This document shows, piece after piece, positions 40,521 to 52,333 of a stretch of 64,000 bases of DNA (the stretch's first letter is position 1; every line of letters starts with the position of its first letter). A program made the translations under genes and the position numbers. The notes below the pieces were generated by a model that worked only from the letters and a program-made list of their open reading frames with translations, did not search any database and was not told where the DNA came from. Origin of the DNA: the human T2T-CHM13v2.0 reference genome, Homo sapiens. The stretch lies in NCBI RefSeq assembly GCF_009914755.1, contig NC_060930.1; one strand, 5' to 3'.

Positions 40521-41439
40521 AGAATTGGACTGCTGGTAATTAGCATTTTCTTCAATTCCTTGAAAAAGTTCTGTGGTGTTGGCACAGAATTATGCCCATT
40601 TGTTTATAGAACTACAGTGAGTTGATGTTTTGGGGAAATATTTAATAGCTACGACTATACCAGTCCTTACGTGGTCATGGTGATTTTCCCTTTTTACGTA
40701 GTTCTCAAACTTTCTCATTTTCTTCTCATTATATTTCCATGAAATAAACACCACAGGTTCTATGCCTGTGACAGATGCTCTCCCTTAGCATGTTGGTGAT
40801 TGAGAGCAACCATAGGTGTTAGAAAAGAACTTCTTTAAAAAGAAGCTAAAATTCAGTTCTAATAGGTTACTAAAATCATTCTATATGTTTAGCATGAAAA
40901 TGCTGAAGAAAAGACAGATAAGGCAGAGCTTGTGTCCTCAAGTAGTTCACCAAATAGAAATGCCAATTCTTACACAATGGTATGAGAAACCCTAGTAGTC
41001 ATAAGGTTCTAGTTTTATGAGAAGACAGTAAGATGTACTATGTATTCCATCTAGCAAAAGCAAGACTATTTGGATAAGTTTCACAAAGATGAGAACAGGT
41101 CCTAGAACCTCAGGATCGAAAGGAAGTTCATCTAGTCCATAGACCCTATCTCACTGACCCAAAAGGTAAAAAAATAAAATAAAAGTAAAGAACTTACATC
41201 AGATTGTGCATTTCTTATTTTGCCACCCTGTTTGTTAGGAAATAATCTTTTTTACTTTGGTGAAATTTGCTTTTGTATGGCTTTCATACATCATTCTTTG
41301 GGCCCAAGTGTAATCCTTTTTCACCTGGGAGGTCTTTCAGTCTTTGGATACAGCTATCATCGTCCTCAAGTCAGTTTGTCCTCAAGTTAATCACTTCCTA
41401 TTTCTTCATCTGATCTTCAGAGAACACCATTCTAAGTTC

Positions 41440-41690
41440 CATAGGGAAGTGATAAGGGAGCAAGCCTTGAGGTCTGTCTGCCTGGATTTGATTCTTGGCT
41501 CCATCTCTTATTAGTTAGGTGGCTATTTGTAAGTTACTTAACTTTTCAGGGACCTGATCTCTTCATGTGTAAACTAGAGGATAATTATAATGCCCATCTC
41601 ATAAGTGACTAGGAAGGTTAAGTGAGAGAATGTAGGTAAAATGCCTAGCATGATACTGGGCATGTTATCAAACATTCAAAAATTATTAAA
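41440..41690 (+). mobile_element. MIR SINE
   Basis: ctgcctggatttgattcttggctcc...aagttacttaac...tgtaaa...ggataat...gcctagcatgatactggg. Confidence 0.75.
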
Positions 41691-42062
41691 TATTATTTTT
41701 ATACATAATACTCATTAGTTGGTCTATACCCCACACTTAAGATGTGGCATTTAAAACAGAATACCATATACTCCATACTTACATTATATATTATTTTGTA
41801 CATATGAATTATCTAATAATGGATGCACAGTTTTCAGGACTTCTAATGTAATAATATTCCATTGTTTGGATGAACTACACTTGATTTATCCATTTGCCTA
41901 CTGAAGGACATATTAGTTGCTTCCAAGTTTTGGCAATTATGAATAAAGGGGCCACAAGCATCCATGTGAGGGTTTTTGTGTGGGCATAAGTTTCAACTCC
42001 TTTGGATAAATACCAAGAAGCACAATTGCTATATTATATGGTAAGAGCATGTTTATAACTAC

Positions 42063-44209
42063 CATATTAGTATGTTTTCACACTGCTGATAAAGACATAC
42101 CCAACACTGGGAACAAAAAGAGGTTTAATTGGACTTACAGTTTCACATGGCTGGGGAGGCCTCAGAATCATGGCAGGAGGTGAAAGCACTTCTTACATGG
42201 TGGTGGCAAGAGAATAATGAAGAAGAAAAAGCAGAAACCCGTGATAAACTCATTAGATCTCTTGAGACTTATTCACTATCATGAGAATAGCAAGGGAAAT
42301 ACCAGCCCCCATGATTCAATTATCTCTCCCTGGGTCCCTCCCACAACACATGGGAATTCTGGGAGACACAATTCAAGTTGAGATTTGGGTGGGGGCACAG
42401 CTGAATCATATCATTCCACCCCTGGCCCCTCCAAATCTTATGTCCTCACATACCAAAGCCAATTATGCCTTCCCAACAGTCCCGCAAAGTCTTAACTAAT
42501 TTCAGCATCAACCCAAAAGTCCACAGTCCAAAGTCTTGTCTGAGACAAGGCTAGTCCCTTTCACCTATAAGCCTGTAAAATCAAAAGCAAGTTAGTTACT
42601 TCCTAGATACAGCAAGGGTACAGGTATTGGGTGAATACAGCCATTCCAAATGGAAAAAGTTGGCCAAAACAAAGGGGCTACAGGCCCCATGCAAGTCCAA
42701 AATCCAGCAGGGCAGTCAAATTTTAAAGCTCCAAAATGATCTCCTTTGACTTCAGGTCTCACATCCAGGTCATGCTGATGCAAGTGGTGGGTTCCCATGG
42801 TCTTGAGCAGCTCCACACCTGTGACTTTGCAGGGTACAGCCTCCCTCCTGGCTTCTTTCATGGGCTGGTGTTGAGTATCTGCTGCTTTCCAGGCATATGG
42901 TGCAAGCTGTAGGTGGATCTACCATTCTGGGATCTGGAGGATGATGGCCCTCTTCTCACAGCTCCACTAGGCAGGGCCCCAGTAGGGATTCTGTGTATGG
43001 GCTCCAATCCCACATTACCCTTCTGAACTGCCCTAGCAGAGGTTCTCCATGAGGGCCCCACCCCTGCAGCAAACTTTTGCCTGGGCATCCAGGCATTTCC
43101 ATACATCTTCTGAAATCTAGGTGGAGGTTCCCAAACCTCCAAGCCCCAAGCCAAATGGTACCACAACATGGGGACCCTGGGCCCAGCCCACGGAACCACT
43201 TTTTCCTCCTGGGCCTCCAGGCCTGTGATGGGAGGGGCTGCCATGAAGGTCTCTGACATGGCCTGGAGACATTTTCCCCATGGTCCTGGGGATTAACATT
43301 AGGCTCCTTGTTACTTATGCAAATTTCTGCAGCCAGCTTGAATTTTTCCTCAAAAAATGGGATTTTCTTTTCTACTGCATCATTAGGCTGCTCACTTTCT
43401 GAACTTTTATGCTCTGTTTCCCTTTTAAAATGGAATGCTTTTAACAGCACCCACATCACCTTTTGAATGCTTTGCTGCTTAGAAGTTTCTTCTGCCAGGT
43501 ACCCTAAATCATCTGTCTCAAGTTCAAAGTTCCACAAATTTCTAGGGCAGGGGCAAAATGCTGCCACTCTCTTTGCTGAAACATAACAAGAGTCCCCTTT
43601 GCTCCAGTTCCCAACAAGTTCCTCATCTACACCTGAGACCACCTCAGCCTGGACCTTATTGTCCATATCACTATCAGCATTTTTGTCAAAGCCATTTAAC
43701 AAGTCTCTAGGGGTTCCAAACTTTCTCACATTTTCCTGTCTTCTGAGCCCTCCAAACTCTTCCAACCTCTTCCTGTTACCCAGTTCCAAAGTCGCTTCCA
43801 CATTTTTGTTTATCTTTTCAGCAACTCCCTGCTCTACTGGCATCAATTTACTCTATTAGTCTGTTTTCATGCTGCTATAAAGACATACCCAAAACTAGGA
43901 AGAAAAAGAGTTTTAATTGGACTTACAGTTCAGTTCCACATGGCTGGGAAGGCCTTAGAATCATGGCAGGAGGCAAAAGGCACTTCTTATATGGTGGCAG
44001 CAAGAGAAAAGGAGGAAGAAGAAAAAGTGGAAACCCCTGATAAACCCATCAGATCTCATGAGACTTATTCACTATCAGGAGAATAGCATGGGAAAGACCA
44101 GCCCCCATGATTCAATTACGTCCCCCTGGGTCCCTCCCACAACACATGAGAATTCTGGGAGATACAATTCAAGTTGAGATTTGGATGGGGACACAGCCAA
44201 ACTGTATCA
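42063..44209 (-). mobile_element. THE1 (THE1A-like) MaLR provirus, LTR-int-LTR, with an internal deletion
   Basis: Two THE1 LTRs (about 42063-42412 and 43852-44209) around THE1-int; 5-bp TSD actac at 42058-42062 and 44210-44214. Confidence 0.93.
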
Positions 44210-44314
44210 ACTACCAAATTGTGTTCCAAAGTAGCAGTACTATTTTGCGTTCCTAGTAGCAATGAATGAAATTCCTCTTTTTCCACATTCTTACCAGTAT
44301 TTGGTATTGTCAGT

Positions 44315-44731
44315 TGTATTAGTCTGTTCCTGCACCACTCTAAAGAAATACTTGAGTCTGGGTAATTCAGACAGAAAAGAAGTTTAATTGGCTCACCGTT
44401 CTGCAGGCTGTACAGGAAGCATGATGCTGGCATCTGCTTGGCTTCTGGGACGGCCTCAGGAAACTTACAATCATGGAAGATGGCAAAGGGAAAGCAGGCT
44501 TATCTTACTTGGCCACAGCAGGAGTGAGAGTGAGGTGGGGAGGTGCTACACACTTTTAAATAACCAGATCTCATGAGAAGTTGCACACTATATGGCACCT
44601 AGGGGGAATGGTGTTAAACCATGAGAAACTACCCTCATGATCCAATTGCCTCCCACCAGGGCCCACCTCCAGCATTGGGGATTACAATTCAACAAGAGAT
44701 TTGGGTGGGGACACAGATCCAAACCATATCA
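44315..44731 (-). mobile_element. MSTB-like MaLR solo LTR
   Basis: tgtattagtc...ggctgtacaggaagcatgatgctggcatctgc...aaaccatatca; TSD tcagt at 44310-44314 and 44732-44736. Confidence 0.88.
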
Positions 44732-46451
44732 TCAGTGTTCTGGATTTTGGCCATTCTAATGTCTCCTTGTCATTTTAAATTTCTCCAATAACATATTATG
44801 TGGAGCAATTTTCCATATGCTTATTTACCATCTGTATACATCCTTGCTGAGTTGTCTGTTCAAATCCTTTCCTATTTTTAAATCAGGTTTTTCATTTTTT
44901 TAAATTGTAAATTTTAGATGTTCTTTGTATATTTTGGAAAGTCCCTTATTCAAATATGTCTTCTGCAAATATTTTCAGAATATTTTTAGATTCTTAACAG
45001 AATCTAAAATTCTGTCTTTTTCTGTTTATTATAAATCACCAAGTCTGTAGTATGCTGTTCCAGCATCACCGACTAAGATGGACATTAAACCACAGATCCA
45101 GGAAGCTCTTAACAGAGCTGTGGCCTGTCTTTTTAGTCTCTTAACAGAGTCTTTAACAGAGCAGTTTTAAATTTCAATAAAGTTAAGCTTATTGATTATT
45201 TCTTTAGTGGATTATGCCACTGGTGTTGTATCTAAAAGGTCATCACCATGCCCAAGTTCATCTAGATTTTCTCCTACAGTATCTTCTAGGAGATTTATAG
45301 TTTTGCATTTTACACTTAGGTTTATAATAAATTTTAAGCTAATTTTGTGAAAGATGTAAAATCTGTGTCTAGTCTTCATTTTACTGCATATAGATATCCA
45401 GTTGTTCCAGCATCATTTTGAAAAGACTATCTTGGCTCCATCATATTGACTTTGCTTCAAAGGGCAAACTGATCTTTGTCAAAGATTAGTTGACTATATT
45501 TATATGAGTTTATTTCTAAGCTCTCTCGTCTGTTCCTTGACCTATTCATTTATTCTTTTCCCAATACCACACTTTCTTGATTACTGTAGCTTTATAATAA
45601 TTCTTAAAGTCGGGTAGTGTCAGTCCTCTGACTTTGTTCTTCAATGTCGTGTTCAATTTGTGGGGGGCTATTCTGGGTCTTCTGCCTTAACTGTAATTTT
45701 CTCTTTTTTTCCTGGTTTTAATGGCTGCCCTAAAGTTTGCAATCGACATTTACAATTAATTCAGATCCACTTTAAATAACATGCCACTTCATGGGTGTTA
45801 CAAGTACCTTATACTAACAAAATATTCCTAATTCTTCCCTCTAGTCATTTATATCATTGCTGTCATTTATTTCACTTATACATAAGCATACATAACTGAA
45901 TACATTGCTGCTATTATTTTGAACAAAATATTATCTATTAGATCAATTAAGAAAAATAAAAGTTTTTTCCCTTCACTTATTTCTTTTCTACTGTTTATAA
46001 TGTTATTCCTTTCTTTATATAGTTGTGACTTTCTGACCTATATTAATTTATTTTTCCATAAATAATTTTTTTAATATTGTTTTTTGAGACAGAACTACTG
46101 GCAACAAATTCCCTCAGTGTTTGTCTGAGAAGGTATTTATTTCTCTTTTCCTTTTGAAAGATAATTTTACAAGATAGCAGAATTCTAGGTTGGTGGATTT
46201 TTTCTCTGAACACTTTAAATATTTCACTCCATTGTTTTCTTGTTTGCATGATTTATTTCTTGCTTGTATAGGATGTAATTCTTATCTTTGCTCCTCAATA
46301 AGTAGGTATTTTTCCCCACCTCTGGCTTCTTTCAAGTTTTTTCTCTATCTTTGATTTTCTGCCATTTGAATATGGTATGTTTATGTGTAGGTCTTTTGGC
46401 ATTTATCCTGCTTGTTGTTCTCTGAGCTTCCTGGATCTGTGGTTTAATGTC

Positions 46452-46848
46452 CATCTTAGTCGGTGATGCTGGAACAGCATACTACAGACTTGGCAATTTA
46501 TAATAAACAGAAATTTATTGGTTCACAGTTGTGGAGGTGAGGAAGTCCACTATCAAAGTGCCAGCAGGTTTTACATCTGTTGAGGGCCTGGTCTCTACTC
46601 CTAAGATGGTACCTTAAACCCTGCATCTTCTGGAAGAAAAAACACTGTTCCTCACATAGCAGAAGGGCAGAAGAGCCAAGAGAGAAAGCCCTCTGGCAAA
46701 ATTCCTTTTATTAAGATGTTAAACCCTCCCATGAAGGTGGAGCCCTCATGGCCTAACACCAAATAAAGGTCCTACCTGTCAATACCATTATATTGGCAAT
46801 TAAATTTCAACATAACTTGTGGAGGGATCAGACATTCAAACCAAAGCA
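46452..46848 (-). mobile_element. MaLR solo LTR (MSTC/D or MLT1A-like)
   Basis: aataaacagaaatttattgg...cacag...aaggtggagccctcatggcctaa...acattcaaaccaaagca; TSD atgtc/gtgtc. Confidence 0.8.
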
Positions 46849-49006
46849 GTGTCTGACAGTAATTTGGGGGAGATTCTGTCATTATTGCTTCAAATGTTGC
46901 TTCTGTTCTTTTATCTCTTTCTTCTCTTTCTGTTATTCACATTACACATATATTACAACTTTTGTAGTTGTCCCACAGTTCTTAAATATTCTGTTTCCTT
47001 TTTTTAGTCTTTTTTTCTTTTTGCTTTTCAGTTTTGAAGTTCCTATTGACTTATCCTCAAGTTCAGAGATTCTTTTCTCAGCTATGTCTAATTTGTTAAT
47101 AAACCTATCAAAGACATTCTTCATTTCTGTTACAGCATCTGTGCACATCTCTAGTGCTTCTTTTTGATTCTTTCTTAAATTTTCCATCCCTCTGCTTATA
47201 TTATCTATCTGTTCTAGCATGTTATCTCCTTATTTCCATTAGAACCCTTTGCATATTATCCATCATTGTTTTAAGCTTGTAGTCTGATAATTCCAATGTG
47301 CCTGCCATATCTGAGTCTGGTTCTGATGCTTCAGTTTCCTCAAACTGTTTTTGCCTTTTGGTATAACTTGTAATTGTTTTGTTGAAAGCCAGGTATAAGG
47401 TATAATACTAGGTGAAAGGAAATGTTATACATAGGCCTTCAGTAATGTGGTGGTAAGATGTAGGAGGAGGGTAAGTCTTCTATAGTCCTATCATTAAATC
47501 TTAGCCTTTTTAGTGGGCCTCTGCCCCTTGGCTGTGAACTTAATAAGTACCTCTCCGTTTTGTTTTGTTTTGTTTTGTTTTTCTCTTCTGGCCTTAGGTG
47601 GAGCAGGGTGGCTGAAATGGGCTGGACTTAGTTATTTTCCTTTCCCAGGTTGGTTAGTCACTGGTAAAATCCCAGCAGTTTAGGCTCTGGTAAAATCGTT
47701 TCTCTTGAGGACAGGAAGAACAGAGTGCACTGGCACATTTAACAATGGTTTCTTTCCCTCTCTCCCTGCCATAAACACAAGGAGATTCTTTTTTAAATCT
47801 TTGCTGTAAGAACCTAGTAGAGCCCCAAGATGTAAAACTTACAAAAGTTTCTGGGATCTTGGAGTGTTTTAACTCACAGACTTAGCCACACTTAAGCCTT
47901 CAACACTTTCTAAATCACAGTTCAGGTTTTCCTACCTTGGTACTGGTGCCCCCAAGAAGTGGGATTCTGTTTTGGGGTTTCTGATCCAGTAAGTTGTAAT
48001 TCTCTGTATCTGCCTGTCTGTCTCTCCAATTTCAGGGACAGAAGTTTTCCCTGTGATCTCATACCTTTCAAGGATCTTAGAAAAGTTATTGATTTTTCAG
48101 CTTGTTCACTTTTTTACTTGTTATTAGGAAAGAGAGGTGACTTCCAAACTCCTTAAATGCTGGATCAGAAACTGGAAATCCTAATTTATACATATGGTCC
48201 ATATTATCTAATAAATTAGTGATAACATTTTGTCTTTTTTTCCCCATCTCCTCCATTGGAATGGAAACTCCGTGAGGGTAGGAGCATGTTTTATTTTATT
48301 TTCACCTTCTACAACAGTTATCTTATATATTTCATTTTATTCACTGCTATGTTCCCTGAACCCACATCAGTACCTTGGACTCTTCTCAGTTCTCAATAAA
48401 CTCAATCCATCTTTTTGAGTGAATTAAACAATGTCAGCTTTGCTCAATCAATGCTTTTTGAGTGAATTAAACAATATCAGCTTTTGTGCTAATCCCAGTT
48501 CACCTGCTTTGTTTGCGAGCAACCTCATCCAGAAAATGAGAATAGAAATACCTTACTCACAGAGCTGCTATGGGGTTTAAACTTGATAATTAGTCAATGT
48601 AAGGATTAAAAATAATTATGACCTTGAGGAGATGTCTGTGTGGTGGGAGGCATGTTTCTGTGTCTGTTTTGTGATTGGTCTTCATCTCGCCTTGTTCATT
48701 TGAATCACAAGTGCTTAAGTAGAGAAAGAATGGCCAATGGGCTCTAGACAGACCTGAATTTACCCTGGGCTCTATGACTTTTTAACAGTTTCAAATGGGG
48801 TAAGATGTGGCAATTGGGGGTTTGTTTGTTGTTTTGTTTTGCTGATTTTTTGTGAGTTTTTTTGGTTAAATTTTTTTTTTTACAATTTTCAAAAACCATT
48901 TTATTTCAGAATAATTTAGATTTTACAAAAAAGTTTCAAAGACAGAGAATTTCTGTATACCCAACATCCAATTTCCTCTATTATTAACATCTTATATCAT
49001 GGTTCA

Positions 49007-51257
49007 TGATATGGTTTGGCTGTGTCCTCACCCAAATCTCATCTTGAATTCCTACATGTTGTAGGAAGGACCCCGTAACAGGTAATTGAATCATGGGGGA
49101 AGGTCTTTCCTGTCCTGTTCTCAAGATAGTGAATAAGTCTCATGAGATCTGATGGTTTTAAAAAGGGGAATTTCCCTACACAAGCTCTCTTTTTTGTCTG
49201 CTGCCATGTGAGATGTGCCTTTCACCTTCTGCCATGATTGTGAGGTCTCCCCAGCCACGTGGAACTGTAAATCCAATAAACCTCTTTCTTTTTGTAAATT
49301 GCCCAGTCTTGGGTATGTCTTTATCAGCAGCATGAAAACGGACTCATACAGTAAATTGGTACAGGAGAGTGGGGCACTGCTGAAAAGATACCCAAAAATG
49401 TGGGAGCCATTTTGGAACTGGGTAGCAGGCAGAGTTTGGAACAGATTGGAGGGCTCAGAAGAAGATAGAAAAATGTGTGAAAGTTTGGAACTCCCTAGAG
49501 AATTGTTGAATGGCTTTGACCAAAATGCTGATAATGATATGGACAATGAAATCCAGGCTGAGGTGGTCTCAGATGGTGATATGGAACTTGCTGGGAACTG
49601 GAGCAAAGGTGACCCTTTTTATGTTTTAGCAATGAGACTGGTGGCATTTTGCCCCTGCCCTAGAGATTTGTGAGAACTTTGAACTTGAGAGAGATGATTC
49701 AGGGTATCTGGTGGAAAAAATTTCTAAACAGCAAAGCATTCAAGATGTGATTTGGGTGCTGATAAAGGCATTCAGTTTTAAAAGGGAAGCAGTGTACAAA
49801 AGTTCAGAAAATTTGCAGCCTGACAATGCGATAGAAAAGAAAATCCCATTTTCTGAGAAGAAATTCAAGCCAGCTGCAGAAATTTGCATAAGTAATGAGT
49901 CAAATGTTAATCCCCAAGACAATGGGGAAAATGTCTCCAGGGTATGTCAGAGGTCTTCACAGCAGCCTCTCCCACCACAGGCCTGGAGGCCTAGGAGGAA
50001 AAAGTGGTTTTGTGGGCTGGACCCAGTGTCCCCATGCTGTGTGCAGCCGAAGGACTTGGTGCCCTGTGTCCCAGCTGAAAGGGACAAATGTATAGCTTGG
50101 GCTGTATCTTCAGAGGGTGCAAGCCCCAAGCCTTGGCAGCCTCCACATGGTGTTGAGCCTGCAAGTGCACAGAAGTCAAGAACTAGGGTTTGGGAACCTC
50201 CACCTAGATTTCAGAAGATGTATGGAAATGCCTGGATGCCTTGGCTGAAGTATGCTGCAGGGGTGCAGCTCTCATGGACAACCTCTGCTAGGGCAGTGTG
50301 GAAGGAAAATGTGGGATGGGAGCCCCCACACAGAGTCCCTACTGGGGCATTGCCTAAGGGAGCTGTGAAAAGAGGGACACCATCCTCCAGACCCCAGGAT
50401 GGTAGATCCAACTACAGCTTGCACTGTGTGCCTGGAAAAGCCACAGACACTCAATGCCAGCATGTGAAAGCAGCCAGGAGGGAGGTTGTATTTTGCAAAG
50501 CCACAGGTGTGGAGCTATCCAAGACCATGGGAACCAACCTCTTGCATCAGCGTGACCTGGATGTGAGAAATGGAGTGAAAGGAGATCATTCTGCAGCTTT
50601 AAGATTTGACTGCCCTGCTAGATTTAGGACTTGCATGGGGCCTATAGGCCCTTTGTTTTGGCCAACTTCTCCCATTTGGAATGACTGTATCTACCCAATG
50701 CCTGTACTCCCATTGTATTTAGGAAGTAACTAACTTGTTTTTGATTTTACAGGCTCATAAGTGGATAGGACTTGCCTTGTCTTGGATGAGACTTTGAATG
50801 TGAACTTTTGAGTTAATCCTGAAATGAGTTAAGATTTTGGGGGATTGTTGGGAAGGTATGATTTGTTTTGAAATGTGAGGACATGAGATTTGGGAGGGGC
50901 CAGGGGCTGAATGATATGGTTTGGCTGTGTCCCCACCTGAATCGCATCTTGAATTCCCATGTATTGTGGGAGGGACCCAGTGGCAGGTAATTGAATCATG
51001 GGGGCAGGATTTTTCCTGTGCTGTTCTCATTATAAGGAATAAGTCTCACGAGATCTGATGGTTTTAAAAATGAGAATTTCCCCGCACAGGATCTCTTTTC
51101 TTGTCTGCTGCCATGTGAGATGTGCCTTTCACCTTCTGCCATGATTGTGAGCTCTCCCCAGCCACGTGGAAGTGTAAGTCCAATAAACCTCTTTCTTTTT
51201 GTAAATTGCCCAGTCTCAGATATATCTTTATCAGCAGCATGAAAGCAGACTAATACA
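49007..51257 (+). mobile_element. THE1 (THE1B-like) full-length MaLR provirus
   Basis: 5' LTR 49007-49350, internal region 49351-50911, 3' LTR 50912-51257; both LTRs tgatatggtttggctgtgtcc...taca; TSD not clean. Confidence 0.94.
49398..50733 (+). pseudogene. THE1 internal (MaLR) ORF, disrupted by one +1 frameshift at 49673
   Basis: ORFs 49215-49673 and 49711-50733 join into one frame (…PRDLWNFELERDD…) if a49673 is removed, matching the minus-strand copy (…PRNLWNFELETDD…). Confidence 0.75.
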
Positions 51258-51998
51258 GTGTGTTTGTTACAACTAATGGACTGATACTGATACATTATTA
51301 TTAACTAAACTCCATACTTTATTTAGATTTCATTAGTTTTTCCTTTTTCTCTCCTAGTATTCCATACAGGATAACATACTACATTTAGTCATTACATCTC
51401 TTTAAGTTCCTCCTCAGGCTTTCCATGTATATGATGACCTTCACCATTTAGAGGAGTAATGATTATGTGTTATATAGAATGTCCCTCATTTGGGATTTGA
51501 CAGGTGTTTTTCTCACAATTAGATTGGGATTATAGGTTTTTGGGAGAAAGCACATAGATCAAGTGTCATCCTCAACATATCATACTAAGGATGCATGTTA
51601 TCAACATGACTTATCACTGGTGATGTTAATGTTGATCACCTGGCTAAGGTAGGGTTTGCCAGCTTTCTCCAATGTATAATCACTGTTTTTTTAATACTGT
51701 ACTATTTAGAAGCAATTCACCAAACATAGCCCACATCTAAAGAATGCAGCGTTATGTTCCACCTCCTTGAGGGCAGAATAGCTAAACAAATTATTTGGAA
51801 TTCTTCCATACAGATTTATCTTTTCTTTCCCATTTATTATTTATTCAATCATTTATTTAGACTCTAAACCTATAGGTACCTATTTTATATTTGGTGTTAT
51901 AATTCCAATGCTATTTCATTTATTCTGTTCCATACACTGTTCCATCTTTGGCCTTTGAATGCTGTCAGTAAGCTGTTGTGTTCCTTTGACATACCTGC

Positions 51999-52333
51999 TG
52001 ATATGGTTTGGCTGTGTCCCCACCCAAATCTCAACTCGAAGTATATCTCCCAGAATTCCCACATGTTGTGGGAGGGACCCAAGGGGAGGTAATTGAATCA
52101 TGGGGGCAGGTCTTTCCCATGCTATTCTTGTGATAGTGAATAAGTCTCATGAGATCTGATGGGTTTATCAGGGGTTTCTGCTTTTTCTTCTTCCTCATTT
52201 TTCTCTTGGTGCTGCCGTTCACTCATGATTCTGAGGTTTCCCCAGCCATGTGGAACTGTAAGTCCAATTAAACCTCTTTTTGTTCCCAGTTTCGTGTATG
52301 TGTTTATCAGCAGCATGAAAACAAACTAGTACG
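51999..52333 (+). mobile_element. THE1A-like solo LTR
   Basis: tgatatggtttggctgtgtccccaccc...; TSD cctgc at 51994-51998 and 52334-52338. Confidence 0.93.

Larger units (their letters stand above)
41830..48180 (-). mobile_element. Ancient L1M element, nested with THE1, MSTB and MST/MLT1A insertions
   Basis: L1M 3' region at 41.8-45.7 kb; ORF1p-like translations at 46942-47220 (coiled coil, ...KLDIAEKRISELEDKSI) and 46043-46249 (RKQWSEIFKV...QPRIL). Confidence 0.85.

Noticed and set aside
39404-40669. Novel DNA transposon with 50-bp TIRs
   Set aside because: No TSD, host MLT1 sequence continues inside the left repeat, and no transposase motif is recognisable in the 96-aa ORF between the repeats; reported instead as a templated insertion.
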